Virus record (IMG/VR): IMGVR_UViG_3300027736_001324
Coordinates: 199,710-263,709 of that record
Strand: one strand, 5' to 3'
DNA: 64,000 bases
Shown here: positions 37,726 through 49,170 of the stretch, in pieces
Numbering within the stretch: position 1 is the first letter of the stretch
How the letters are laid out: every line of letters begins with the position of its first letter
The notes under the pieces: generated by a model
Told to the model about the DNA's origin: nothing
The model's database searches: none
Seen by the model: the letters and a program-made list of their open reading frames with translations, nothing else
Position numbers and translations under genes: made by a program

Positions 37726-37925
37726 ATAACAGAGTAAGAGAATTAATTAAAGAACACGGTAGTGATTCTAGTGGCAAGTGGGTAGCAATTGATAAGGTAG
37801 AATTGATTGCCGAGTTGATTGCTTACGAATGTATGGACCTTGCTCTGGGGTCTAGTCATAGAGAAGATGATATGGGTGCTATTATTGCTAATAAGATTAA
37901 GAAACATTTTGGAGTAGAAGAATGA
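37722..37925 (+). CDS. Small early protein, MNERI/HFGVEE paralogue family
   Basis: MNNRVRELI...AELIAYEC...IKKHFGVEE. Confidence 0.7.
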   Translation: MNNRVRELIKEHGSDSSGKWVAIDKVELIAELIAYECMDLALGSSHREDDMGAIIANKIKKHFGVEE

Positions 37926-38359
37926 GAAAAATTATTGAAGATACAATTACTAGAAACAAAGACTTTCAAGAAGAAAGACGGCTGAGAGTAAAAAGATTTA
38001 AAGAACTAAAGGCTCCCGATATCATAATTGAAACTGAAGAAATGATTTCAAAGATGACTTTAGCAGAATATAACATCTACTGCCAGCAACTTGAAGAAGA
38101 AGATAAAAAAGTTAAATTGGAATATGCTAAAAATAATCCTATTCAACAATCTATAGTTGATGAGATTTATAATAGAGAAAGTAAATTAGAATATGATTAT
38201 TTCATTTATTCATCTAATGTTCATCTGGCAATGGCTATTGATCCTTTGAGTTTTATGAGCAACGAAGATTATGAAAATGATTTGTATAGAACCTTTTTAG
38301 AACACGCCAAAGAACTTTATAGAAATAGATTCAAAGAACAGTTTGGAGTAGAAGAATGA
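37922..38359 (+). CDS. Hypothetical protein ending FGVEE
   Basis: Lies between two exact 18-bp repeats tttggagtagaagaatga (37908-37925, 38342-38359). Confidence 0.7.
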   Translation: MRKIIEDTITRNKDFQEERRLRVKRFKELKAPDIIIETEEMISKMTLAEYNIYCQQLEEEDKKVKLEYAKNNPIQQSIVDEIYNRESKLEYDYFIYSSNVHLAMAIDPLSFMSNEDYENDLYRTFLEHAKELYRNRFKEQFGVEE

Positions 38360-38640
38360 AATTTAAAATTTGCGGAATAGATTACGAAGTAAAATATAAA
38401 ACATCGGAAGAAATGCAAGGCACTATTGGCTTAGCACGATTCAATGACCAAGAGATTTGGATTGGTGATCAATTTACTGAACAAACTAAAAAGATTGCAT
38501 TGTGGCATGAAGTATTACATATACTAGACCATGCATACAATCTAAAGATGACAGAAGAACAGGTGAAGTTTCAAACACATGCATTAATTGCACTAGTAGA
38601 AGATAACCCGGAAGTATTTAAAAATGGCACAACACAGTAA
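38356..38640 (+). CDS. Small HExxH metallopeptidase-like protein
   Basis: ALWHEVLH..DH; G......QEI.I pattern. Confidence 0.65.
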   Translation: MKFKICGIDYEVKYKTSEEMQGTIGLARFNDQEIWIGDQFTEQTKKIALWHEVLHILDHAYNLKMTEEQVKFQTHALIALVEDNPEVFKNGTTQ

Positions 38641-39469
38641 TTACTGGTCATGCACACCCTTTGCTGATTGGGTGCGCGGTATGCCAAAAGGCGGAGCCAA
38701 GACTAGTGAAGGTTGGGATGAATGGAATAGTGAAGCTAAACAATACCATCCTGTTCGTTATTGGTTAGCAGAAGAAGGTCTTGATAAACTTCAAGATTTT
38801 GTAACATATCCTGTCAGAAAAATATATGATGTCAAATATTACATTAATAACAGGTACGTTACTCGTACTCATGCTCTCACCGCTCATAGCCGTGATATTA
38901 AGCCTGGTTCTTGGTCTGATGTTGGGAGTCGCTTCCTTCCATGCTTATTTAATGAGTTGGTTGATTTTGTCGAGGTCGAGCAAGCCTGGAGCCACATCGC
39001 ATGGGGAAGTAAAGAAGATAGAAAGAAGTATGATGCTCCTTTTTATGCTACTGGGTGGTGGCGTTGGCGCACTTGGCGTTGCCCTCAAGCAGGTATCGAT
39101 CATCTTGACTGGGCAATGACACTTACTCTTGATAAAGATATGGGTGTAGATCCAGATAACCCAGAATATGGCAAGCCTACTGGTCAAGCATTACGTGCTA
39201 AAGAAATTAAAGAACTGTATACATGGTGGACAGTAACATATCGTAATCGTCCGGACCCTCACGATGCAAGTGGTTGGAGTGAATACTGTGAAAGTTTACG
39301 AATCAAGTTTGGTACAAACTGGATTGGTAGATCCGATAAAGATACTGCAAGTAAAAAAGCAGGTGATAAGGCTCTTAAACTTACTACTAAGATTGAAGCA
39401 GCCTACGACAAAGAAGATGAACAAATGATGATCCGTTTAATTAAAATTCGTGATAGTTTGTGGACATGA
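38624..39469 (+). CDS. Trp-rich conserved hypothetical protein
   Basis: 281 aa ORF; LVDFVEVE, ELYTWWT. Confidence 0.75.
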   Translation: MAQHSNYWSCTPFADWVRGMPKGGAKTSEGWDEWNSEAKQYHPVRYWLAEEGLDKLQDFVTYPVRKIYDVKYYINNRYVTRTHALTAHSRDIKPGSWSDVGSRFLPCLFNELVDFVEVEQAWSHIAWGSKEDRKKYDAPFYATGWWRWRTWRCPQAGIDHLDWAMTLTLDKDMGVDPDNPEYGKPTGQALRAKEIKELYTWWTVTYRNRPDPHDASGWSEYCESLRIKFGTNWIGRSDKDTASKKAGDKALKLTTKIEAAYDKEDEQMMIRLIKIRDSLWT

Positions 39470-39470
39470 T

Positions 39471-39920
39471 ATGAAAAAGATTTACTACGAAAAAGTAGGA
39501 CGTAAGTATGTACCTGTTGCAGAATACGATAGCGACTGGATGGACAGTTTTCATAAAGGTACACACCTTTTGATGGTATATCCGGGTGGGCAGAGTCGTA
39601 GGTTTAATATTGATCCCAACTATGCAGCTATGATTGCAGCCAGCCGAGTAGCCGAAGAAGCTATAATTCAGGCTATGCACAAAGCTAGTGAATTAAAGCC
39701 TACCCAAACTCCGATAACAGAAGGTCAACGCAAGGCATGGAAGAAACTAGCAAAAGAGTTTGGTAATGAACTTTGTACCTTGAACGGAGCCAGTTCACAC
39801 GATATTGCCGAAGCAGGTGTGAAAGCTATGATGGCAGAAGCTGATCAGTTAATGACTAACCCTGCTGTAAAGAAAGCCTACGAACATTTTTTATTGGTTG
39901 CTGAATTGACAAAGGATTAA
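39471..39920 (+). CDS. Hypothetical protein
   Basis: MKKIYYEKVGRKY start. Confidence 0.7.
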   Translation: MKKIYYEKVGRKYVPVAEYDSDWMDSFHKGTHLLMVYPGGQSRRFNIDPNYAAMIAASRVAEEAIIQAMHKASELKPTQTPITEGQRKAWKKLAKEFGNELCTLNGASSHDIAEAGVKAMMAEADQLMTNPAVKKAYEHFLLVAELTKD

Positions 39921-39922
39921 GT

Positions 39923-41208
39923 ATGACAGTAGATGAATACGTTAAAGAATTAGAAGTACAACTTGAGGCAGATGTAATTGAAAAGTTTAAAGACTGGCCA
40001 GTTGATACTAAGTTGTATATGTACTTACATCATATTCAACTACAATTCATGGCAGATTACATGGACGCCCTTAATGTTGCTATGCAAATTTATAGGTCAA
40101 AAAAGAATGCGTAAATATATAACCAACAAATTCAATAGTGTATTTCTTCCTTACGAAGAAGGCATGATTGAATGGCTTAATGAAAACTACCCGCACAGTA
40201 AATATGTTGTTGTTGAGGTTGTATGAACGAACGAATTAAACTACTAAAAGAACAGTCTATGGAATGGGTGCCTAATATGGCTGACCCAGATACCAAGATT
40301 CGGCTGCTCAATGCTGAAAAGTTTGCCGAGTTGATTATAAAAGAATGTGCTACTGCGGTAGCCAAAGCCAACAATCCTCTTGGACGCAATATTGATAAAC
40401 TATTTGAAATGCACTTTGAAAAATGATTGAAATTTTTATACCTGTATTATTCATGTGTCTAAATGACAATTGTAATTTCATGCAATCACAGAATGTTTAT
40501 AAGTCGGAAGCACAATGCAGATTATCAATCGATAATCAAAAAAAACACATGCTTGAAGTTGCCAATCAAGCTGGTCAGCCAAAGATAACTATACTTGAAG
40601 GTACTTGTATTAATACGAAAATTGAAAATACAGGAAAGAAAATATGATATACGTTAAACTACGTTTAACTAATCCATGGAGTCCAACTTGGGAAGTATTA
40701 AAAACTATTAGTGGACAATTTACTAAAAATAAAGCATGGGAATTTAATATATATCACAGTAATGAATTATTAGGTATAGAATTTGAATATACACTACGAA
40801 CCGATCATGCAGGGCTTGGGTTAACATTGTCATTTTTTAATTATACCTTTGAGTATAAAATTTACGATATAAGACATTGGGATTATACAGAAGATAAATG
40901 GAGTACTACCACGTATGCGTAATCAAGCAGATTATTTTAAAGAAAATCGTCACGTAGCCAAATATGAATTTGGTCAACGTATCTTTGGATACTGGAATAG
41001 TATTCCATTCGTGGGTACGGTTGGCAATGATACTGTAATCAACGACACAATTGGACCACAATACAGTATCCATTTAGATTTACCAATACGCTTTGAGAAT
41101 ACTACCTATAATGTTATAGTAGACAAACAAAGTAATTTTAAAAAGATTACAAAATTAATAGAAATGGAAGAAGATGTCAAAACCACTAATCGCAAAACCC
41201 GTCGTTAA
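39923..41208 (+). other. Run of six coupled small hypothetical ORFs (39923-40114, 40107-40226, 40223-40426, 40423-40647, 40644-40922, 40915-41208)
   Basis: Overlapping ATGA-type junctions; 40223 ORF is an MNERI-family paralogue. Confidence 0.65.
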
Positions 41209-42680
41209 AAATCAATTTTGGATTGTTACTGATGGCAAAGAAAAAGTAGGAAATGTAATTGCTGATGGGTCTGGCTTTGAAGTAAAACTCAACGGCAGTA
41301 AAACTCATTTCAAAAATACTAATGCAATTAAAAAACAAACTAGTATACAGTTTGAAACAACCAAGGTAGATAAGAATAAAAAAGAAATACCTTTCAACGA
41401 ATACCCGACTACAAAGAAGGTATTTAACTCTATACTTGATATCAAGCGCAAGATTCATCTATTCACAAAGACCCAGAAAAGCAAGTGTTTTCACGCCGCA
41501 GGGTGGTATGTTTTGTATCAAGGTGATGAACCAGTTGTAACATTTTGCCCTAAATACATCTTTATTCAGCGTTATGAGTATCTAGGTCCGTTCAAAACAG
41601 AGGATGAGGCAAAAAAACTGATAAATATCTAATGATTCATATCAAACGATTTATTGATAGAGTAGCAAGTATTGAGAGTAGACAGGGTAAAGATGTGGTT
41701 ATTCCATTATCTGATGCTCGTGGACTACGTGACGAATTAGCTAAACTACTAGTAGATCACTATGAGGTTACTGAAGGAAAGAAGAACACTTCCGAAGTTA
41801 TTCAAGTTGAACTAGTCGGAGGTAAATTTTAATGAGTAGAACACAACCAAAAGTATTATTGGAACTTGTAGATAAAAATACATACAAGTGCGATCAAATT
41901 GTAGAAGCCAGTGGCATATGGGCTGTATTCTATGATGGCCAACCTATTAACTTAAAGTCACAACACTATCAAGATCCAGACGCTACTCCTAAATATAAGA
42001 AAACAAGTTTTAGTAATCCGGGTCATGCACGTAATCTTTGTCGCAAACTAAACACACAATTTAAAACAGATAAATTCACGGTTGTGTTTATGAATAATGG
42101 TACTACTGTGTACCCAGATGAGTGATAGAAAAAAACTAAAATACACTATCACTAGAGCAGTTATGGATCAACTGCCTAGCAATAACATCCCAATTGAAAC
42201 AATCATAAGTGATTGGTGGTTCACCAAATCAGGTGATAGCCTGCGCCTGACGCCACAGGGCGATATAAAATTCAAAGAAGCACAGATAGAATATTTTGAC
42301 CTACCTGTCAAAGTTAAGAAAACTAATTGGTATAAGTTTCTAACTGAATGTAATAGAAAAATTAAATGTCCATATTACTTTAGTGTAAATAAAAATGTAG
42401 AGTCAAAAGAACCTTTCATAAGACTATACGATAGTAAGATAGCAATGATGCTAGCACTATACGGTGATATAGAAAGTTATTTAGAATCAGTGAGGATACG
42501 ACAATGACAGAAGAAAAGAAAAGCAAGAACCCATTCATTGCAATGGCACAAGAAGCTAAAAAGAAAAACGCACTAGCAAATCCTGGATTAGGTAAGGCCC
42601 CTAAAAGTCAAGGACCTAAAGCAAACACTAAGGGATTTGGTGGGGCAAATGTTACACGTAGAGCAGGTCGCGGTGGTTAA
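41174..42680 (+). other. Five coupled conserved-looking hypothetical ORFs (41174-41632, 41632-41832, 41832-42125, 42118-42507, 42504-42680)
   Basis: Tight stop/start coupling; 42504-42680 is a 58-aa basic ORF absent from the track. Confidence 0.7.
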
Positions 42681-43171
42681 TACCACTCACCTTCATTACG
42701 CATACGTTTAATAAAAGACAAGTAATTACTACATACACCAAAACAACGTAGGTGTACTGTAGAATACATTCCTCTATCCTGTATCTCGGGTAGAAATATA
42801 ACACTAGAATTATCTATCGCAACAGTTCCGGGAGTGATAATTTTTCCATTGCTTGCTGTTACGGGAGTACTTTCTGTGTCAGTGGGGAACCAAAAGTAAT
42901 TTGGATATAATTTACTTGGTTGAGTTACTATCCAAGTTTGCATCTCATCATTCATAGCATTAAGCCAAAAACGAGGACCTTGAAGATATTTTTCGGTTAC
43001 TTGAGTTATGGGTTGATCTACGCCCAAATATAGAATTCCACTATCACGCCAAACATTGACCATAGTGCTGAACCCAGCATTCATTGATTTGGTTATTTGT
43101 TTTGGGGTAGCAGCATCCTCAAAATTGGTGCCGTCGTAGATTCCCTGATAAGAGATATATTGTAAACGCAT
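42677..43171 (-). CDS. Degenerate glycerophosphodiester-phosphodiesterase-like protein
   Basis: ISYQG/MVNVW/LYLGVD align to IAHRG/VEIDVW/LYLGHD with the catalytic residues replaced; minus-strand CTAAATA at 43176-43182. Confidence 0.5.
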   Translation of the reverse strand: MRLQYISYQGIYDGTNFEDAATPKQITKSMNAGFSTMVNVWRDSGILYLGVDQPITQVTEKYLQGPRFWLNAMNDEMQTWIVTQPSKLYPNYFWFPTDTESTPVTASNGKIITPGTVAIDNSSVIFLPEIQDRGMYSTVHLRCFGVCSNYLSFIKRMRNEGEWY

Positions 43172-43411
43172 TTAGTATTTAGTCTTGTCAACGGAAGTAC
43201 GGTCTGCCGCGTTATATATATATGCAAGACAAAAATCAACTTGATGATTACGAAACGAAAAAGGATAAAACCGAACCGTTTATGGAACAGTATTTGCCCA
43301 CTAGTTACGATTGGAGATTATCCAATTGTGATGAAAGGCGTAGTGGTCCATGTAAGATCAAAGATGAATATGTTAAGCATAAATTTCATTAACACTAAAA
43401 GGAAACTTCAA

Positions 43412-43705
43412 ATGAAAACAATCGCTACTCTTATCGCTACTTTGGTAACTACTGCTGCTTTTGCAACTGAGCCTGCTAAGACCCCCGCAGCACCGGCTGC
43501 TCCCGCTGTAACTGCTTCCGCTGTAACTGTTTCCGCCCCTGCTGCTCCAGCTAAGGAAGAAATGAAGTTAGCCAAGAAGAAGGAGGACAAGAAAGCTGAT
43601 GCCACCAAAAGTGCTAAGCCAGCTAAACCTACCCAAGACAAAACGGCTACAGCTAAAACTGAGTCTGCAACACCAGCAGCGCCAGCAGTACCCGCTACTA
43701 AGTAA
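43412..43705 (+). CDS. Exported Ala/Pro/Lys-rich small protein
   Basis: AAGGAA RBS; signal peptide MKTIATLIATLVTTAAFA; APAA/PAK tracts. Confidence 0.8.
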   Translation: MKTIATLIATLVTTAAFATEPAKTPAAPAAPAVTASAVTVSAPAAPAKEEMKLAKKKEDKKADATKSAKPAKPTQDKTATAKTESATPAAPAVPATK

Positions 43706-43964
43706 TACAATAATAGAGGAAGATGATGACGATGATGGTCCAGAAGAATTGGATTATCATCGTGCATATGGTCGTCCTAAGGTTTACTATGTAGATGAAA
43801 AAGTTATAGATTTAGGTGATGAACCATTATCTGATTATGTAACTGTTAGGTTAGCCCTTTCCAGAGCAAAAGCCTTGCTAAAATATAGAGAAACCTATAC
43901 AATTGTATAAATACAGTTAAGAGTTCTGTACAAAAACTCTTTAACACACTTACACGGAGAATAT

Positions 43965-44867
43965 ATGTTAAACCAACTAGCGGGCTATTTTTGTAGCCTA
44001 CTCAATAACTTCAGCAGACCACAGACTTATGGTACTGCATTAGAAGAATACATTGTTAGACATGCACCCCAAAATGCATGTGATGTAGACCGTCTCACCC
44101 GTCAATTTGAAATACAACAATCTGGTAGAGGATGGTAATCATGCAAGTATTAAAAGCAATATACAATTTTTTTGGTGCAATGAGACAGGCCCGAGCAGCC
44201 TCAACATTAGCACACAATGGAGATCATAAAGGCGCACGTAAACTTATTATGTCTGACTTTAAGGGCTGGATCTAATAACTAAATAACATACTAACAAAGG
44301 ATCCATTATGTTTACACCTGATTTTTATATAGAAATGTTCCAGACCTCAAAAAGGATGGCAACTAATCAAATTTTCAAAGACGAGAGATTAAATAAGGTT
44401 GCCAACGACTTTATAGATGCCCAAACAGTCTTTGCAAAGATGATGGCAAAGAATACAATAGAGATGTTAACTTATGCTGCTGACAGCATGAGTAAAACAA
44501 TTTATCCTCAAGGTGAGGATGAAACAGTCAAGGCAAAGACTGCGAAAAAATAAGCTATTTTTACACACACCGACATTAACACAAGGAGATTAATATGTCA
44601 ACATTTGATACACCAAAATTACCCGAAGTAAAATTAAACAAAAACGGTTACGAAATCCGTGCCGACATTCTAGACATGGCCAAAGGCTTAGTTAGTGAAG
44701 ATTATCACTCTAAATTCCGCGGTTGGGAAATGACTGTCGCTAAGGATGAAAAGACTGGACAAATCGTTACCAAAGTTGGTATGCCCGAATTCCCAGGTCT
44801 AGACAAGATTTTGGAAACTGCTGAAAAGATGTATGGTTTTGTAAACCAAAATACAACTAAGAAGTAA
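43965..44867 (+). other. Cluster of four small host-like ORFs (43965-44138, 44141-44275, 44308-44553 phasin-like, 44595-44867)
   Basis: TATAAATA at 43906-43913 and CTAAATA at 44279; three of the four ORFs have a GGAG/AAGGA RBS; phasin call is weak (amphipathic helical pattern only). Confidence 0.6.
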
Positions 44868-44877
44868 TTCTACCCCA

Positions 44878-44901
44878 AAATGCCCCAAAATCGGGGCATT
44901 T
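44878..44901. terminator. Intrinsic terminator-like hairpin
   Basis: aaatgcccc-aaaatc-ggggcattt. Confidence 0.75.
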
Positions 44902-44979
44902 CCACGGGTAAAAAAGGTTGACATTAAATGGATTTGGGTATATAATAGAGGCTTAGACAGTCAACAAACGGAGTATTTT

Positions 44980-45812
44980 ATGATGATTGAAAAAGAAACT
45001 AAACACAAGTCTGCTGGCAATTTTGCTTGGTTCGCTGAACGTGATGCAAGATTGCGTAGTGCAGTTAATAGTTCTTTGTTTACTGAAATACAGAAAATTC
45101 GTGCTGAACAAGTCAAATTGGGCCTGGAAATGGTCTATAGTGCTGATAGAGTTTATGTTGAATTTCGCAAAACATTTATCAGCGTCAAAGTAGAAAAGCC
45201 CAATGTGCGTGATCGTAAGGGCCTAGCAATGCTAGAAACTTGCTATGCAAACGAAGATTTTGAAAAGTGCAAGACTGCACAGGGTGTTACTTATCGTCTG
45301 TTTCGCAAATAAACTTGACAATAAATGGATTTGGGTATATAATAGAATCTTAGACAGTAACAAAACGGAGTTAATTATGAATCTCAATATCAATGATGCA
45401 ATTTCTTGGACTAGTGCTGCTGGCAACCTGTCAGGCTATATCACTAATATTTGCTTGAATCTCAATGCTGCTAATCAAATTGTAGCTTGGATTGATGTTA
45501 CATATATGCACGAAAACGGCCGTGAATGTAGTGTCCGTCTTTGCGCTACTGAATCAAATCTCAAGGCAATGCGTGTTGCTAAACTTAACGCTGAATCTGT
45601 TTAAGGAGTAAATTATGGCAATCGTATACAATGTTCAAATGCACCCTGTATATGAAGGGCATATCAATGACCATAAGGTCCTGACTGAGCGTGAGTTTAC
45701 TACCTGTCAGGATGCTATTGACTATGTGGAGTTCTTTAACTCAATGGGAGCCCATGGAGTCATTGCTGTCTATACTGGTGCCATTGATACAGTCTCTGGT
45801 GAAAATCTATAA
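44980..45812 (+). other. Three early-promoter-driven small hypothetical ORFs (44980-45312, 45377-45604, 45615-45812)
   Basis: Each has a GGAG RBS; two sit directly behind repeat promoters. Confidence 0.7.
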
Positions 45813-45827
45813 ACTAAAGGAATTGTA

Positions 45828-46469
45828 ATGTCTCGCTTTCAAAAACCTGCTCCCCTCAATCTTAATGCCGATGATGTTTGGGCGGCTGCTTGCATGGCAC
45901 AACGGTTAAATCAAGGCTACATAAAGGTTAGTGAAGATGCCCCAATGGGGCAAACAAACCGTAATCTAGTAACGCAATATATTGCCGACACTAGTAAGAT
46001 CACCAACGAGGATCGTGAAGAAGGTAAATTGGTTCGCAAATTCTATCAAGCATATACATTCAAAATACTTAAAGGTATCAGGTTGTCTGAATTTGACAAC
46101 ACCGCAATGTTACTTGCTAATCGTGAAACTATTGATACCGGGTTTGATATAGCAGTAATTACTAGTTTGCCCTCAGGCTATGTTCGTGGCATGAAACGTC
46201 AAACAGTGGACCAGCGTATCAATTTTGCTAACGGCGGACTAATCGGTAGTGTAGGTGACAAGGTGTCTCCTTCTATTGAGGTACTCAAATCCGTATTCTC
46301 GCAAACTTGGAATACACATTACATCACCGGTATTACTAGTGATGACCAAGTGTTGTTCTTTGCGTACAAACAACAACTAGAAGTGGGCAAGCAGTTTGAT
46401 ATTTATGGAACTGTCAAAGCACACCGTGATAATACTACTCAACTTAACCGTGTAAAGGTAATCGTATGA
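45828..46469 (+). CDS. Hypothetical protein with probable C-terminal OB fold
   Basis: IGSVGDKV...GTVKAH...TQLNRVK pattern. Confidence 0.6.
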   Translation: MSRFQKPAPLNLNADDVWAAACMAQRLNQGYIKVSEDAPMGQTNRNLVTQYIADTSKITNEDREEGKLVRKFYQAYTFKILKGIRLSEFDNTAMLLANRETIDTGFDIAVITSLPSGYVRGMKRQTVDQRINFANGGLIGSVGDKVSPSIEVLKSVFSQTWNTHYITGITSDDQVLFFAYKQQLEVGKQFDIYGTVKAHRDNTTQLNRVKVIV

Positions 46470-46609
46470 AAACAAAATTGGTATCGGCAATGTTGCTATT
46501 GACTTTTATTGCAGGATGCAGTACAATAGCGGGGACAGTAAAGGGAGTCGGTGAAGATGTTAAATCGGGAACTGATTCGTTATCTAAAATAATCAAACCT
46601 AATCAATAA
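46466..46609 (+). CDS. Entericidin EcnA/B-like lipoprotein (47 aa, not in ORF track)
   Basis: MKTKLVSAMLLLTFIAG-CSTIAGTVKGVGEDVKS: lipobox plus CxT..G.G.D motif. Confidence 0.7.
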   Translation: MKTKLVSAMLLLTFIAGCSTIAGTVKGVGEDVKSGTDSLSKIIKPNQ

Positions 46610-46611
46610 TT

Positions 46612-46832
46612 ATGAGAAACTTTTTTCTAGGAACAATATTTGGTATCGTTATCGCTACTGTGGGTTTTAGCGGAATTGCTAAACTACTTGACGGTGGTGT
46701 TAACAAAGTTAAATCAATCACGCAAGAACAGGTGAAAGAATGATAGCTTGGATAGCAGTCATTTTGATGATTATATATGGTCATGTTTGGCTTGCTCTCC
46801 TGTTAGCATTACTCATTATATTTTCTGATTAA
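46612..46832 (+). other. Two tiny membrane-protein ORFs (46612-46743, 43 aa; 46740-46832, 30 aa)
   Basis: Hydrophobic translations, ATGA coupling. Confidence 0.55.
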
Positions 46833-46834
46833 CT

Positions 46835-47779
46835 ATGCACGAAAAATTATCATTGTTTCCGGGACTAGATGAGAAGGGTCGCAGATTAGGTGAGATTCGT
46901 GTCCCTACACATACCATGGAAGCATTGGATAATTACTTCCTCAGGGGTTATGAACCGGGCGATTTCCTTACAGGTATACTTACTAACAATTTGTATCGTG
47001 CGGTGGCTAGTGCAGATTTGGCTAATCGTCATGCTATCTGGGAAATAGTTAAATGGTTGACTACTAACCCGATAGTACCGGAACATAGCTGGGGAACTCA
47101 GCATTGGGTTAATTGGTGGTTAAATGATACTGAACAAGTTAGAACCAAGTTTGTAGAGAAGATTGAAAAAGAATATATTTGGAAAACACTGAAAGGTTAA
47201 TATGAGTGGCTGGAATACAATTCGTCAAATTCATATCTTAGAAGAACGAGCAGATAAACTTGGGCTAAAGTTTGCCGCATACAAACATGATGATAGCTTT
47301 GGTGCCAATGTAGCATTAGTTCCCAAAGATAGTGATGTATTGCCCATCTATAGCCGTGATGCGGTAATGTATGTTGGCACATTAGAAGGTGCTGATAGTT
47401 GGATGCGAGGTGTATTGTGGGCACGAGAATATGATCGTATGACCATTGATCGTAAGCTGGATGAAAAGCGTGAACGCAAAGAACAAGACGAACGCAACAA
47501 GCAAATGGTTAAAATCTTGAAAGAAGAAAAACTAAGTTTAGTGCAGACATAAATAATGTTATGATTAAAAATGTAATTATTGCAGGGTTATCATTGATTG
47601 TTGTAATGTGCTGGATTAAAGTTGATCCGGAATGTGTTAATAACGGTGAGGATCCAAATGCAGTAACTATAGAATATCAATGCTCTGATTTAGAAGATTA
47701 CGAAAATGTCCCGCCCGAGGTCATGGAAGAATGCATTAAACGGGCAAATGAATTCACAAATCGAAAAACTAAACCTTGA
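46835..47779 (+). other. Three hypothetical ORFs (46835-47200, 47202-47552, 47561-47779)
   Basis: Consecutive ORFs with short gaps. Confidence 0.7.
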
Positions 47780-47804
47780 CAACATTGCTAATATATAGTA
47801 TAAT
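47776..47804 (+). promoter_or_regulatory. Sigma70-type promoter of ligase
   Basis: TTGACA-17 bp-TATAAT, AGGAG RBS downstream. Confidence 0.75.
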
Positions 47805-47827
47805 ATTAGCATATATAGGAGTTATAA

Positions 47828-49162
47828 ATGTCAGCAAGTTGGATTAAAAAATTAAACGAGAGTGATAGTCGCCTACACAAAGAAGATGTATTAAGACAAG
47901 CATTAGAAGCAAGTGTCCTAGGCAGCACAAACGCAATCAATTTTTTAAAATTTACTAAACTTTGTTACAATCCCTATGTTACATTTGGGGTGCGTCAAGT
48001 CCCTGATTCAAAAAATGTTTTTAATAAAACTAATCCATGGGATCAGTTTGAGGAATTGTTAACAAAACTTAGCAATAGAGAATTGACAGGTAATGCGGCA
48101 CTAGATGCTATCACATCCCTTGCATGGAATTTTGATAGTGAAGAATGGATGAACTTTGTTTTGCCTGTAATTACCAGAGACCTTCGTGCTGGCATCAGTG
48201 ATAAAACCATTAACAAGGTATGCAAAGGCACTGAATTTGAAATTCCAGTCTTTGGTTGTCAACTAGCAACAACCTGTGAAGATCGTCCAGAGATGAAGGG
48301 CACTAAACGTTTAGAACCTAAATTAGATGGTGTTCGTGTATTGATGGTATTCACTCCTAATCTTAAAGGCGAGGCATCTGTTATTAGTTTCAGTCGCAAT
48401 GGCAAAGAGTTTGACAACTTTACTACAATTGAAAACCAAATCTCTAGTCGATTCAAAGAAATTATCGGCACAAATGCACGTACATTAAAGAATGGATTTG
48501 TATTTGATGGTGAGGTTGTTGGTAATTCTTTTCAAGAATTAATGAAACAAGCACGTAGAAAGAAAGATGCAAAGGCAGATGATAGTGTTTTTCATATCTT
48601 TGATATTATTCCAATTGATGAATTCTACAAAGGTATATACGAGGAACCATTAAGCAAACGTCTAAAGATATTAGACAAAATGAATGGTATCATTGAAGAA
48701 TTGCCAAACGTAGAGTTTCTAACTAGTATCAAAGTTAATTTAGATACTGCGGCAGGTAAGAATCAATTAGACAGATATGCCAAAAACAAAGTTGCAGAAG
48801 GCTTTGAAGGCATTATGATTAAGGACCTCGATGCATATTACGAATGTAAACGTAATACATCTTGGATGAAATGGAAGCCTACACTTACTGTAGATTTGGA
48901 GGTCATTGATGTTCAAGAAGGCACTGGAAAAAATAAAGGACGACTTGGAGCTCTTGTTTGCGCCGGCCACGACCAAGGGGTCGATATTTCAGTCAATGTT
49001 GGTAGTGGGTTTAGTGATGACAATAGACATGATTATTGGGATAACAGTGATAGTGTTATTGGTCGAACTGTTGAAATCTTATGTGATGCCGTAACACAAA
49101 ACAAAGACGGAACATATAGTTTGCGCTTTCCCAGATTCGTTCGTTTTCGTGACGATAAGTGA
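47828..49162 (+). CDS. ATP-dependent DNA ligase
   Basis: EPKLDGVR (motif I), FDGEV, FDII, EGIMIK, KWKP, SLRFPRF. Confidence 0.95.
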   Translation: MSASWIKKLNESDSRLHKEDVLRQALEASVLGSTNAINFLKFTKLCYNPYVTFGVRQVPDSKNVFNKTNPWDQFEELLTKLSNRELTGNAALDAITSLAWNFDSEEWMNFVLPVITRDLRAGISDKTINKVCKGTEFEIPVFGCQLATTCEDRPEMKGTKRLEPKLDGVRVLMVFTPNLKGEASVISFSRNGKEFDNFTTIENQISSRFKEIIGTNARTLKNGFVFDGEVVGNSFQELMKQARRKKDAKADDSVFHIFDIIPIDEFYKGIYEEPLSKRLKILDKMNGIIEELPNVEFLTSIKVNLDTAAGKNQLDRYAKNKVAEGFEGIMIKDLDAYYECKRNTSWMKWKPTLTVDLEVIDVQEGTGKNKGRLGALVCAGHDQGVDISVNVGSGFSDDNRHDYWDNSDSVIGRTVEILCDAVTQNKDGTYSLRFPRFVRFRDDK

Positions 49163-49170
49163 TATAATAC

